A DNA stretch of 64,000 nucleotides. It comes from a virus (Duplodnaviria > Heunggongvirae > Uroviricota > Caudoviricetes). Every line of letters begins with the position of its first letter. Within the stretch, counting starts at the first letter, position 1. Under the pieces are notes generated by a model, which saw only the letters and a program-made list of their open reading frames with translations, was not told where the DNA came from and searched no databases. Positions 9,342 to 19,265 of this stretch are shown here, piece after piece. Both the position numbers and the translations under genes were made by a program. The stretch lies in IMG/VR virus record IMGVR_UViG_3300044712_002337, positions 18,564 to 82,563 of that record, one strand, 5' to 3'.

Positions 9342-10811
9342 TTACTTCTTGGTGCGGGTGGAGGGTTGGGCGGCGGCGGCCTTCTGCTTGCGGGCGTAGG
9401 CCAGGATGCTGTCGCGGGCGGCCTGGCCGCGGGTCGGCTTGGGGGCCTCGGCGGCGGCCGGCGGGGGCGGCGGGGCGGGCGGGTCGACCGGTTCGAGGGC
9501 GGCCAGGGCCGGGGGGTCGGCCGGCTTCGCCGGCGGCTCGGCGGGCGGGGCCGGCTTGGCCCCGGCGACGGCCGCCAGGTTCTTCTCCACCAGGTCGTCG
9601 GTCAGGGCGGCCAGGGTGAGGGCGATGGCCCCGGCCTTGTCCGCGTCCACCCCGTAGGCGGCGGCCACCTTGGCGGTGAGGGCGGCCAGCCGCCGCTCCT
9701 GGGCGACGGCGTCCAGGTCGGCCTGGGCCCGGGCCAGGTCGGCCCGGGCCTTGTCCAGCTCCGCCTGGAGCTCGTCCCGCTTGCCGGCCAGGGCGGCGGT
9801 GGCCGCCTGCTCGGCCGCCAGCCGGGCGGTCGCCTCGGCCAGCTGTCGGGCGGTCGCCTCGCCGTCGGCCTTGGCCTGGGCCAGGTCGGCCTCGGCCGCG
9901 CCGGCCGTCTTGTGGGCGGCGGCCAGCTCGGCCTTCAGCTTGTCCAGTTGTTCGTCCATTGCGGTTCCCGTGGGGGGTTCTGGGGGCGTGTACCCCGCCG
10001 CCGGCGGCGGGGCGTCGAGGGCGGCGGAAATTTTTCCGGAAAGTTGCTTCCCGTCGAACGAGTAGACGGCCGACTTCGGGTTGGCCGGGACGGGCACGAA
10101 CCCCTTGCCGGCGAAGGTGATTTGCCGGAGCACCTGCCCCAGCCGCTTGCCCTTGTACGTGTTCGTCGCCCGCGGGTTGTACCGGCTCAGGTGGGCGGAC
10201 AGGAACGCCGTGTCCTTCGTCCGCCGGACGAACTCCACCTGTGCCAGGTCGACGTCCGTCCACTCCGCCCCGGCCGGGGCGAGGGCGTAGTCGAAGTCGT
10301 CGTGCAGGGCCTCCATGCTCGCCCACCAGGCGCCCTGCTCCAGCTCCTCGATGAACGTCGCCATTTCTTCCGTCGCCGCCTTGTCCTTGCCGACGCGGTA
10401 CAGGACGGTGGTGTCGAACAGGTGGAACGAGTCGGGCAGGTCGGCCGCGGCGGTGTCGAGGGGCAGGTCCGACCCGTCGGCGGCGGCCGCCCGCACGGCG
10501 GTGGCGTGGCCGACGATGTCCGCCCGGTCGTGCCGGCGGTTGGCCGGCTTGTCCACCGGGGTGAACCGGGCGGCCCACGTGTCGGCCGCCGGGAAGAAGT
10601 GGCCGTTGCGGTTGAACCCGGTGCTCACCAGCAGGGTCTGGCAGTAGTACAGGTCCTTCTGGTTCAGGTTGGTGGCGAGGGCGAGGCCGCCCTCGCCCGG
10701 AAGACCCGGGGCGGGCAGCGGCCGCACCTCGCACACGGCGTCCACCCGGGCCGCCGCCAGGGCCGGGCCGAGGCCGGCTTCCAACTCCGCCGGGAACGGC
10801 GTGATGCCCAT
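9342..10811 (-). CDS. Prohead protease/scaffold fusion
   Basis: N-terminal LVSTGFNRNGHFF...HDRADIVGH...ASME...ITFAGKGFVPVPANPKS protease-like region. C-terminal Ala-rich coiled coil (scaffold). Confidence 0.7.
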   Translation of the reverse strand: MGITPFPAELEAGLGPALAAARVDAVCEVRPLPAPGLPGEGGLALATNLNQKDLYYCQTLLVSTGFNRNGHFFPAADTWAARFTPVDKPANRRHDRADIVGHATAVRAAAADGSDLPLDTAAADLPDSFHLFDTTVLYRVGKDKAATEEMATFIEELEQGAWWASMEALHDDFDYALAPAGAEWTDVDLAQVEFVRRTKDTAFLSAHLSRYNPRATNTYKGKRLGQVLRQITFAGKGFVPVPANPKSAVYSFDGKQLSGKISAALDAPPPAAGYTPPEPPTGTAMDEQLDKLKAELAAAHKTAGAAEADLAQAKADGEATARQLAEATARLAAEQAATAALAGKRDELQAELDKARADLARAQADLDAVAQERRLAALTAKVAAAYGVDADKAGAIALTLAALTDDLVEKNLAAVAGAKPAPPAEPPAKPADPPALAALEPVDPPAPPPPPAAAEAPKPTRGQAARDSILAYARKQKAAAAQPSTRTKK

Positions 10812-10814
10812 GGG

Positions 10815-11057
10815 TTATTTCACCTTTTTAAAATCGCCGCCGGCGGCGGCGGACGTGTGCTCGGACGTGTGCGTCTTGTTCGCCCGGTCGGCCACCCGCC
10901 GGCACAGGCTCATCGAGTACACGGGCGGCTCGCCGGCCGGCCCGCAGCAGCCGTAGGTCGAGAAGCAGACGCTCTCCAGGTCGGTCACCGGCACCCCGTC
11001 CCGGGTCAGCGTGAACGCCTTGGTGACGGTGTCGAAGGTGGCGGTTATCTGGGCCAT
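10815..11057 (-). CDS. Hypothetical protein, 80 aa
   Basis: Small ORF between portal and protease, bracketed by the repeat element. Confidence 0.6.
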   Translation of the reverse strand: MAQITATFDTVTKAFTLTRDGVPVTDLESVCFSTYGCCGPAGEPPVYSMSLCRRVADRANKTHTSEHTSAAAGGDFKKVK

Positions 11058-11128
11058 GCTCGCGGGCTCGCGTTCTCGGGGTCCGCGGGGCGGAGCCCCG
11101 CGATTTTAAAAGGGTGAAAATACGGTCG

Positions 11129-13243
11129 TCAGTCCTCTACCCCGCCGGCCCGGGCGGCGGCCAGCAGGGCGAGGCGGCCGGCCCGGTCCTGGGCGAGGGG
11201 CAGGCCGGCCAGGGCGGCGCGGGCGGCCCGCAGGTCGTCGGGCAGGGCCAGGTCCCCCTCCAGGGCGGCGAGCACGTCCGCCTCCCCCGCCCCGGCCGGC
11301 AGGCGGGCGAGCACGGCGAAGTGCAGGTCCTCGTACTCCGCCACCTGGGCGGTCGACAGCTGGCGGAAGGTGGCCTTGCCCAGGGCCCCCAGGTACAGCG
11401 GCTTGAGCACCTCGTCGGCCACCTCGGACGCGGCGGCCAGGGCGGCGGCCGCCCGGCCGAACGGGACCACCTTGCGGGGCCTCCGCTTCACCTTGTCGGT
11501 CGAGCCCGGCGGGCGGCCGGTCCGCTCCGGCGGCTTGTACGCCGCGGGGTCTTTCGTCCCCCGCTTCTTCCGGTTCCGCCGCTTCGGGTCGGCCGGGTCG
11601 GCCGGGTCCGGCTGCAGGGCGGCGGCGTGCTCGGCCGGGGTCTTCTCGCCCGCCTTCGGCGGCGGGTAGTCCAGGCCCACCTGGGACGGGGTGAGGTGCC
11701 CCTGGCCGACGAACGCCCGCTCGTTCATCACGTCCCGCTGGTACTCCAGGGCGAACGGCCCGGCCTTGGGCGGGGCGGCCCCCCGCTCCCGCGCCGCCCG
11801 CTCGCGGCGGAGGCGGACCTGCTCGATTTCCGGCACCGCCCCGAACCGCTCCTGCAGGAACTCCAGGCTCAGCCCCTCCCGGTCCATGAGCTCGATGAGC
11901 AGCCGCTTGAGCTGGGCGTCCTCGCCCAGCGGGGAGCCGTCGAACACGACGGTGAACGGGTGGCGGAACCCGAGCGGCTGGCGGACGCCGAGGTCGAGTT
12001 CGGCCTCCCAGAACCCCTTCAGGACGTCCCGCACGTACTGCAGCCGCTCGACCAGGCTCTGCATGGACACGGCGTTGTTGGTGAACCCGGCCTGCCCGCT
12101 CGACGTCCCGCCGGTGAGCGTCGGCGGCACCCCGTACCCCTGGAAGATGGCCTCCAGGGTGGGCACGTACTTCTCCTTGCCGAGGAAGTGGTGCACGTCG
12201 GTGGTGATTTCCTTGCAGTCGATGAACGGGTCCCAGATGATGTCCAGGGTGCCGCCGTTGACCGACTGGGTGACCAGGTCGTTCAGCCGGGCCATCATCT
12301 CGCGGGTCGGGTAGATGATGTTCTCCGGGTCGTCGGCGTCCTTGCCGAGCGTCCAGATGCGGGTGCGGGTGACCGCCCCGTCGGCCGCCATCTCGTCGGC
12401 CAGCTTGAGCTTGCCCAGGGTGCGGAGGTCGCGGAGCACCGAGTAGGTGATGGGCACGGGCACCGCCTGGTGGTCGGCCCGCTTGTAGAACAACAGGACG
12501 TTGTCCTTGGCCGTCAGGCGGACGGCGTCCCCGGCCGGGTCGACGGCCGCCCGCTGGGGGGCCGGGCGGAGCCACGCGAACAGGCGGCGGCCGGCGGCCG
12601 GCGGGCCGACGGCGTACCCGCTCAGGTCGGGCGTCTGGCCGGGGGCGAACTCGGCCGGCAGCCGCAGGGTGCGGGGGTCGAGCACGTCGTACCCGACCGG
12701 AATCTGCCCGGGCGGGAGCGGGCTCTTGACGACCGGGCGGACGGCCGCCGGCTTGAAGCCGTCCGGCAGTCTGGCCAGCCGCCGCTTGAGGGGCGCGGTG
12801 CCGGCCAGGTACAGCATGTGGGCGATCCGCTCGGACCGGTCGCGGGCGTTCACCCGCTTGAGCCACTCCCGCCCCACCTTCTGGGCCCGCACCCCGCGGT
12901 TGAGCACGTCCATCCCCTTGGCGGTGAAGTCGGCCATCAGGTCGATGATGTTCCGCACCAGGGAGAACTTGTGGTACGCCTGGAAGCAGGCGTCGATGAC
13001 GTGCACCGGGTCGGTGGGCAGGGCGGACTCGGGGCGGAACCAGTCGCGGTCGCCCTCGTCCAGCCCGTTGGTGACGGTGGTGTTCGGGTTGGCCGCCGGG
13101 AACAGGGGGGCGGCGGTGGCCGGGCGGGGGTCCGGGCGGCGGCGGCAGACGGCGTGCCCGTAGTCGGCGGCGCGGGCCAGGTCGGGCGGGGTGCGGGTGT
13201 ACAGGGGGGTGGTCACGCTGGAGTCCGACTGGAGTGGGGTCAC
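11129..13243 (-). CDS. Portal protein
   Basis: 704 aa directly after terL (4-nt overlap). LVRNIIDLMADF...GYGVPPTLTGG...LVERLQYVRDVL pattern. Confidence 0.75.
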   Translation of the reverse strand: MTPLQSDSSVTTPLYTRTPPDLARAADYGHAVCRRRPDPRPATAAPLFPAANPNTTVTNGLDEGDRDWFRPESALPTDPVHVIDACFQAYHKFSLVRNIIDLMADFTAKGMDVLNRGVRAQKVGREWLKRVNARDRSERIAHMLYLAGTAPLKRRLARLPDGFKPAAVRPVVKSPLPPGQIPVGYDVLDPRTLRLPAEFAPGQTPDLSGYAVGPPAAGRRLFAWLRPAPQRAAVDPAGDAVRLTAKDNVLLFYKRADHQAVPVPITYSVLRDLRTLGKLKLADEMAADGAVTRTRIWTLGKDADDPENIIYPTREMMARLNDLVTQSVNGGTLDIIWDPFIDCKEITTDVHHFLGKEKYVPTLEAIFQGYGVPPTLTGGTSSGQAGFTNNAVSMQSLVERLQYVRDVLKGFWEAELDLGVRQPLGFRHPFTVVFDGSPLGEDAQLKRLLIELMDREGLSLEFLQERFGAVPEIEQVRLRRERAARERGAAPPKAGPFALEYQRDVMNERAFVGQGHLTPSQVGLDYPPPKAGEKTPAEHAAALQPDPADPADPKRRNRKKRGTKDPAAYKPPERTGRPPGSTDKVKRRPRKVVPFGRAAAALAAASEVADEVLKPLYLGALGKATFRQLSTAQVAEYEDLHFAVLARLPAGAGEADVLAALEGDLALPDDLRAARAALAGLPLAQDRAGRLALLAAARAGGVED

Positions 13244-15492
13244 CCCCCACTACCCCGCCGCGGCCCGCCGCCGGGCGGGCGGGCGGCGAACCCGCCCACC
13301 CCGCCGCCCAGCTTGGCGGCCATCCGCCCGGAGCACACGTACAGCACCCCGGTCGGCTCCCCGGTCAGCCGGAGGGCCCCGGCCCGCCCGCCCAGGGCGA
13401 CCGGGGCGGGCAGGGAGGCGGGGGCGGAGTTCACCAGCCGGGCCCCCCAGTTGGCCATGAGCAGGGCGGAGTACCGGTCCTTCTTGAGGGGGCCCTTCCG
13501 CTGGCCGGGCACCTTGGCCTCGGGGACGTCCCACCGCTCGGTGTTGTTCGACGTTTGGGTGTGTACAATAGTACACATCTCATCCTTCAATTCCTCAATC
13601 TCGTGCAACACACTCTCGAACGCGTCCTCCAGGGCGTCCCCGTCGGCCCCGACCCGGCCGGCCGCGACGTCCTGCTCGTGGGCCAGGGCGAACCCGATTT
13701 CGTCCACCCGCGGGAACAGCAGGACGCGGTCCTCCAGGTCCTTCCGCATGGCCCAGTTGGCGTCCTTCAGCCACTGCTGCTTGCCGAAGTTGACCGGCCG
13801 CAGGAAGTGGTCGCCGGCCATCCAGTCGGTGTCCCGCGGGTTCTCCTTGTCCGGGATGGGGTAGACGGGCCGCTCCCCCTCCTCCAGCTTGGCCGGCTCG
13901 CTGAACGCCTCGAACAGGGCGTTGCCCGCGCCCCCCGACCCCTCGTCGATGACCACCTCGGTCGGCGGGAAGCGGCGGAACATGTCCCGCAGCTTCCGCA
14001 CGGCGTACGCGTAGAAGTCCATGGGGATTTTCCCGCTCTTCCGCTTCTTGCGGTGGTCGGACTTGTTCGTCGTCCAGCAGAACACGACCCGCCGGTGGTC
14101 CGGCCACACCTCGGTGACGACGACGGCGAAGTTGTCCCGGTTGAACGCCGGGTCGACGCCGTACGCGTACTTACACCCCTCCCGCCCCTGCATGGCCGGG
14201 CCGAACTCGACCACCCCGCAGGACGGGAACTCGGGCGGCGGCACCGGCTCCTCGGTCTGCCCGCCGATGGTCGCCCGCTCGATGAGGCTGCGGCGGTAGA
14301 AGCCGTCGGAATCGGTCACGAAAATCGTCAGGTACTCCGACTGGTACGCCGCCAGGGAGCTCATCTGCCGGGCCCGCTCGATGGTCTTCTCGTCCATGAA
14401 CCGGCGGGGGATGCGGTCCCACGGCAGGCGGATGACGGAGTAGTCCCGCCAGTCGAAGCTGTCCGGCGGCGGCCCGCCGAGCACCTCCCGGACCCGGTCC
14501 GGGTCGCCGCGGGTGGCGACGATGTCGTGGTAGTTCTGCCAGTACTTGAAGAAGTGGTTGAACTTGTACGAGGCCGTACCCGACAGGACGGACTGGTTCC
14601 CCCGGCGGCCGGCCGCCCCGAGGGCGTCCAGCTCCGGCGTCCACAGGTTGAGGCGGCGGAGCAGGAGTTCGCGGTTGTACTCGGCCGCCTTGGCGACCGG
14701 GTTGGCGGACACGGCCCCGAACCCCTGGACGACGACGCTGTACACCTCTTCCGTCACCGACGCAAACTCGTCGCAGATAACAGTTTGCGCCCGGATGCCC
14801 CGGATGGTCTCGCCGGTCGGCCCGAGCGGCAGGAACAGGGCGACCGAGTCGCCCACCCGGAACTCGCACCGGTCGTTCCCGCCCCGCCGCGGGCCGTTGT
14901 CGTACGACCCGTGGCCCTTCCCCACCAGGTCGCGGAACACGGGCGAGTTCGACCAAATCCGCTGGCAATATTCCCATATCACCATCGACTGGCGGAGCGA
15001 CTTGGCCACCACCGCCACCTGGGAGCCGGGGCAGAAGGTGAGCTTGAGCAGGATGAACAGGGCGAGCAAGCTGGACTTGGACCCACCCCGGCTGAAAATC
15101 AGCATGGGGAACTGCCGCCACCACAGTTCGAGCAGGGTGACCGTCTGGAACGGGGCCACCCGCAGCGGGTCCACCCCGTCCATGCTGAACAGGTGGTAGC
15201 AGGCGAACGGGAAGTACTCCGGGTTGGACAGCACCCGCAGCAGGCTGATGTCCGGCCGCTCCAGGGCGAGGGCGTCCAGCCGGTTCGGGCTGAACGGGTG
15301 GTCGGTCACGTCCGGCGTGTACAGCAGCCGCTCGATGGACCGGGCGGCCTCGTCCGGCGGGCACGGGGCCCCGTCCGCCCGCGGCTGGATGGACAGGATG
15401 TCCTCCTCCGTCAGGTAGAACATGGCCTCGTCAATCAGGTGCTTGAGGCGGTCGTGGGCGTCGGTGAACGCGGGCAGGTGTTTCTTGGCCAC
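13240..15492 (-). CDS. terL: Terminase large subunit
   Basis: Walker A-like FSRGGSKSS, ETIRGIRAQTVICDEF (Walker B), LSGTA coupling motif, RNase H-like YGVDPA...VIDEG...KDRYSALLM. No intein seen. Confidence 0.92.
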   Translation of the reverse strand: MAKKHLPAFTDAHDRLKHLIDEAMFYLTEEDILSIQPRADGAPCPPDEAARSIERLLYTPDVTDHPFSPNRLDALALERPDISLLRVLSNPEYFPFACYHLFSMDGVDPLRVAPFQTVTLLELWWRQFPMLIFSRGGSKSSLLALFILLKLTFCPGSQVAVVAKSLRQSMVIWEYCQRIWSNSPVFRDLVGKGHGSYDNGPRRGGNDRCEFRVGDSVALFLPLGPTGETIRGIRAQTVICDEFASVTEEVYSVVVQGFGAVSANPVAKAAEYNRELLLRRLNLWTPELDALGAAGRRGNQSVLSGTASYKFNHFFKYWQNYHDIVATRGDPDRVREVLGGPPPDSFDWRDYSVIRLPWDRIPRRFMDEKTIERARQMSSLAAYQSEYLTIFVTDSDGFYRRSLIERATIGGQTEEPVPPPEFPSCGVVEFGPAMQGREGCKYAYGVDPAFNRDNFAVVVTEVWPDHRRVVFCWTTNKSDHRKKRKSGKIPMDFYAYAVRKLRDMFRRFPPTEVVIDEGSGGAGNALFEAFSEPAKLEEGERPVYPIPDKENPRDTDWMAGDHFLRPVNFGKQQWLKDANWAMRKDLEDRVLLFPRVDEIGFALAHEQDVAAGRVGADGDALEDAFESVLHEIEELKDEMCTIVHTQTSNNTERWDVPEAKVPGQRKGPLKKDRYSALLMANWGARLVNSAPASLPAPVALGGRAGALRLTGEPTGVLYVCSGRMAAKLGGGVGGFAARPPGGGPRRGSGG

Positions 15493-15978
15493 TTAAATGT
15501 GCCCGTACCTTTCGAGCACCCGCTTGAACAGGCCGCGGGCGAACGCCTGGGCCTTCTCGGGGGTCTCGCAGAACACCCACTGGACGGTCGGGTGGGCGAG
15601 GGTGAGTTCGGCGAACCGCTTGTGCAGGAGGGCCGGGGTGACGCGGAGGCGGCGGCGTTTGGACTGCGGGATGCCCGAGTTTTCGGGGAATTCGTCGAGC
15701 CGCCGCCAGGGCGATTCGACCACGACGTACGGGTGGGCGATGGCCCGCATCCGCCCCAACTCCCGCTCGAACCGGTCTTCGAAGAAATTCCCCGCCAGCT
15801 CCGCGGTGTTCCGTTTGCGCTCGATCGCGACCAGGTGCCCGAGCCCGTCCAGGGCGTAGTCGCCCGTGGCCACGGTGCCCGGCCGGCTGCCGGCGCACCA
15901 CGAGTGCGGGGTAAAAACCCACGGGGTTTGTTCCCTCGTGTCCTGAATCACCCAGAACGTCGGCTTGGCCTCGGCCAT
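15493..15978 (-). CDS. ERCC4/XPF-domain nuclease
   Basis: VIQDTREQ...TGDYAL...VAIERKRNTAEL...ERELGRM...YVVVES is the ERCC4 signature. ATG at 15978. Confidence 0.85.
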   Translation of the reverse strand: MAEAKPTFWVIQDTREQTPWVFTPHSWCAGSRPGTVATGDYALDGLGHLVAIERKRNTAELAGNFFEDRFERELGRMRAIAHPYVVVESPWRRLDEFPENSGIPQSKRRRLRVTPALLHKRFAELTLAHPTVQWVFCETPEKAQAFARGLFKRVLERYGHI

Positions 15979-16025
15979 GGTCTCCCGCGGGCTGACGCCC
16001 GCGATTTTAAAAGGGTGAAATACCA

Positions 16026-16964
16026 TTAGGGCACCGGGGCCGGGGCCGCTTCGGGTAGCGGCTCGGCCGGCGGCAGGGCTTTGAGGACGGTGTCCGGGGT
16101 GAACAGCGGGCTGTCGACGGTGCCGTCGGCCAGTTTGATGGGGCGGGCGAGCCGCTCGGCCTCCCGCCTGCCCACCTGCTTCATCAGGGCCGCCCGCTTG
16201 CCCTCGGTCTCCCGCTTGTCCTCGGACAGGACGACCTTCATCAGGTCCTGGAAGGACATCGTCTTGGTCAGCCGCTCAATCCGCTGCTCGCGGGTCGACT
16301 TCAGGGACTCGAATATCTTCCGGTGCTTCTCGTCCAGGTCGGAGTGCTCGCGGACGAGGGAGTTCAGTTGACTCCCGAGTTGGCGGGCCCGCTCCTGTAA
16401 GCCTTCCATCGTGCGGACGGTGGCCTCGTCCCGCGCGATGGGCTGGCCGGGGGCGGCCAGCGGCCACAGCTTGTTGATACGCTCCCACTCGGCCTCGGCG
16501 TCCCGCCGCCGCTCGATGGCTTCTTTCTGGGCGGCCAGGTTGCGGTGCTTGAGCACGCTCAGGGTGACCGCGTCGTGCACCTGCACCCGCTCGGTGGCCA
16601 GCACGTCCCCGCCGAACTGTTCGAGCATGTCCGCGTACTGGTCCTCGTAGAACCGCTGCTCGTGCGGGAAGAAGGACGACTTCACCTGCCGCCACAGCTC
16701 GCTGTTGTGCAGGTCGGCCAGCAGCCGCTCGCGGGGGGCGGCGGCCGGGCCGCCGAGGGCGGACTGGGCGGCGGCGGCGGCCAGCTCGTCGGCCGTCGCC
16801 TTCGGGAACAGGCGGGCGACCGCCTTGGCGATGGTCTCCGCCGGCCGGCCGAGGGCGGCGGCGATGTCGGCCACCGGCTGGCCGAGCTCCACCCGCCCGC
16901 GGATTTCCCGCAGCTCCTGGGAGGTCATCCCCCGCTTCGGCTTGTCCCGCCTCGGCTTACTCAC
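16026..16964 (-). CDS. Probable terminase small subunit / HTH coiled-coil protein
   Basis: N-terminal HTH-like segment (VADIAAALGRPAETIAKAV), long coiled coil, upstream of terL. Confidence 0.5.
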   Translation of the reverse strand: MSKPRRDKPKRGMTSQELREIRGRVELGQPVADIAAALGRPAETIAKAVARLFPKATADELAAAAAQSALGGPAAAPRERLLADLHNSELWRQVKSSFFPHEQRFYEDQYADMLEQFGGDVLATERVQVHDAVTLSVLKHRNLAAQKEAIERRRDAEAEWERINKLWPLAAPGQPIARDEATVRTMEGLQERARQLGSQLNSLVREHSDLDEKHRKIFESLKSTREQRIERLTKTMSFQDLMKVVLSEDKRETEGKRAALMKQVGRREAERLARPIKLADGTVDSPLFTPDTVLKALPPAEPLPEAAPAPVP

Positions 16965-17625
16965 CGCCCGGTCCCCCCTCCCCCGGTTTTTCCGGAAACC
17001 CGAACGACTCCAGTAGACTCGGCGCGTGGTCCCGGATAATTATAAGTATGGTTTCTCGTATCTTCTCCCGGCGGTGGCGGGCGACGGGCCGCCCGGCCCG
17101 CATGCGGAGGTAGTCGGTGCGGAGGGCGGCGGGCAGGCGGGCGTCGAGCAGGGCGGCCAGCTCGGCGGCGGCGGCCGCGTCCTCCTGCTCGGGCGGGCGG
17201 GTGCCGGCGTCCGGGCAGGCGAGCACCGCCTCGTCGTACCCGGCCGGGGAGAGGAGGCCCTTCTTGGCGTCGTTCAGGGCCCGCCAGGCGGCGTACGGCC
17301 GGCACGCCGCGGCCACCCCGGCGGCCGGGCACGGGGTGCCGGCGTGGCACGCCCGGCACGGCGGGTCGTTCCGCTGGCACTTGGCCCGGTACAGGTGGCC
17401 GAGCTTGTTGTGGAAGTGGGCGCGGAGGAACGGGGTGGGCGGGCGGGAGCGGTCGTACGCCCCGTCCCGCCACGCCTGCAGGGCGAGGATGCGGGCCTCC
17501 TGGGCGATGTCCTCGCCCTCGAAGTACCCGAACGCCATCTGCCGGCGGATTTTGGTGATGAGCCCCTCGGCCGCCGCCCAGTACTCGGGGGACGGCGGGT
17601 CAGCGGGCGATTTTGCACTGTTCAA
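16957..17625 (-). CDS. Phage sigma-70/ECF-like factor with a Cys-rich insertion
   Basis: Region-2-like EDIAQEARILALQAW...YDRSRPPTPFLRAHFHNKL and region-4-like C-terminus. CQRNDPPCRACHAGTPC...C lies between them. TTG start is uncertain. Confidence 0.7.
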   Translation of the reverse strand: MNSAKSPADPPSPEYWAAAEGLITKIRRQMAFGYFEGEDIAQEARILALQAWRDGAYDRSRPPTPFLRAHFHNKLGHLYRAKCQRNDPPCRACHAGTPCPAAGVAAACRPYAAWRALNDAKKGLLSPAGYDEAVLACPDAGTRPPEQEDAAAAAELAALLDARLPAALRTDYLRMRAGRPVARHRREKIRETILIIIRDHAPSLLESFGFPEKPGEGGPGGE

Positions 17626-17746
17626 GGGCGGCCTCGGCGAGGACGGGGTCCTCGGGTTCTGCGGGCGGGTCGACGGCCGGGCCGACCAGCAGCGGGTCGG
17701 CGGCGGCGACGAGGACGAGCGGCTCGTCCGGCGTGTCGGGGGACAT
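17600..17746 (-). CDS. Small acidic protein, 48 aa
   Basis: MSPDTPDEPLVLVAAADP...CKIAR; GC3-rich frame. Confidence 0.45.
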   Translation of the reverse strand: MSPDTPDEPLVLVAAADPLLVGPAVDPPAEPEDPVLAEAALEQCKIAR

Positions 17747-17822
17747 ACGGTTTCCCTTTTAAAACGGAGAACGGTCCTCCGTTCTCCCATACCCCGGGCG
17801 GGCCCCGTGCCCCGGAGGCGGC

Positions 17823-18080
17823 GTGCTGGACACCTTCTGGGAGGGGCTGCTGGGCGGGCCGGGGGACGTGCCCGGGGTGGCCGACCTGATGCGGCTGCAC
17901 GGGCTGAAGGAGGAGGCGCGGGCGCTGCCCGTGCTGGCCGACGGGCTGCGCGTGCTCCCCGGCCCGGCGTACGGGCGGATGCTCGTGCGGGCGGTGCGGA
18001 GCCTGATGGCGTACACCCCGGCCGAGCGGGCGGCGTGGTTCGCCGCGTTCGACGCCCGGGGGCTGGACCTGACCTGGTAG
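17823..18080 (+). CDS. Degenerate TIGR02996-like protein
   Basis: FWEGLLGGPGDVPGVADLM resembles FW..I...P.D..PRLV.ADWL; paralogue of 18176. Confidence 0.55.
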   Translation: MLDTFWEGLLGGPGDVPGVADLMRLHGLKEEARALPVLADGLRVLPGPAYGRMLVRAVRSLMAYTPAERAAWFAAFDARGLDLTW

Positions 18081-18175
18081 GGGCGGTAGGGGGAATCCGC
18101 TGGACACGTCCGGCGACCAACCCCTACCGCCCCCACGGGCGGGGGAGACCCCCACATTATTTTAAAAGGTGAAAA

Positions 18176-18565
18176 ATGTCCGCGAACCCCCAGGCGGGTC
18201 CCGCGAGCCTGCCGGCCTTTTGGGAGGCGGTGTTCGCCGGGGTGGAGGGCCCGGCCGACGTGCCGGCGGTGGCCCGCCTGTTGGCCGCCGCCGGGTTCCG
18301 GCGGGAGTCCCTGGTGCTGTCGCTGCTGGGGAAGCGGCGGTTCGGGTGGGAGCCGCAGGCGGCCGGCCCGGACGGGGGCTGGCTGCTCCACCACCTGACC
18401 GCCCTGCGGGCGGACGGGAGGGGGTACGGGGAGACGCTGCTGGCCGGGCTGCGGCTGGCGCGGGGGTGGGGGGACGGGCTGGCCCGCGAGCTGGGCGTGC
18501 GGACGCGGACCCTGGACCGGCGGGGCGAGCCGCACACCTGGCTGAGCCTGGTGGTCCCGTTCTAG
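18176..18565 (+). CDS. Degenerate TIGR02996-like protein
   Basis: AFWEAVFAGVEGPADVPAVARLL; AAGGTG SD inside the repeat element. Confidence 0.6.
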   Translation: MSANPQAGPASLPAFWEAVFAGVEGPADVPAVARLLAAAGFRRESLVLSLLGKRRFGWEPQAAGPDGGWLLHHLTALRADGRGYGETLLAGLRLARGWGDGLARELGVRTRTLDRRGEPHTWLSLVVPF

Positions 18566-18893
18566 CGGGCCCCGCCCGCGGGGGTACGGGCGGTTCGGGC
18601 GGGGCGAACGAAGCGAAGCGACCATCTTACGGGGACGGTAGGGGTTGGTCGCTGGACAAACGGGGCGGAGGCCGCGGGGTGTGAGGTCGCCCCCCGCCCC
18701 CCGCCCGCCCCCCTGGGGGGGGTGCCGTTCGGGATTGGAAAACCCCCGCGCCCTCTGGTGGTGCGGGGCGACCCGCGACGAACGAACCGCCCGCCGCGAG
18801 CGAATCGCGGCCGACCGAACCGACCGCCCGCCGGGAAAGGCGAGGGGCACGGGCCGGGCCGACAACCTCAACCACCCACACGGGGGAGACGCC

Positions 18894-19085
18894 ATGTTCA
18901 CGAACGGCTTAACGGAAGACATGTTGGTTGCGACTCGGGCGAACGTGGCCTACGCAGTGCGAATGGTCGCCAAACGGCTCGCGGAAGGAAATGAGCGGTC
19001 GGCGACGGATTGGTCGGAAATGGTCATCCGCTATCAGACGGTAGCGGCCTATCTGTCCGACCGGATTGCCCGGAACGACGACTAA
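18894..19085 (+). CDS. Hypothetical protein, 63 aa
   Basis: GGGGAG SD then ATG; atypical codon usage block. Confidence 0.65.
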   Translation: MFTNGLTEDMLVATRANVAYAVRMVAKRLAEGNERSATDWSEMVIRYQTVAAYLSDRIARNDD

Positions 19086-19265
19086 GGCATTCGCCCCGCG
19101 CCCTCTGTCGGCGTGGGAAACGGGCGGAACGACCCTTCGCCGGGATAGGCGGGGGGCATGGTCCGGCCGACATTCGAGACTAACGCACCGTCCGATCCGG
19201 ACGGGACGGGAAACCGGTCTCGGCTCACAGTGCGGGCACCGCCCGCGTTCTTGAGGGGTTACGCC

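Noticed and set aside
13240-15492. Intein or intron in the terminase
   Set aside because: No Hint motifs, and ATPase and nuclease motifs are at normal spacing; only short AT-rich patches.
9318-16029. Long plus-strand ORFs (9318-11117, 11114-13864, 13234-16029; also 19-1467)
   Set aside because: Antisense shadows of GC-rich minus-strand structural genes: Gly/Arg/Val-rich, no motifs, no SD.
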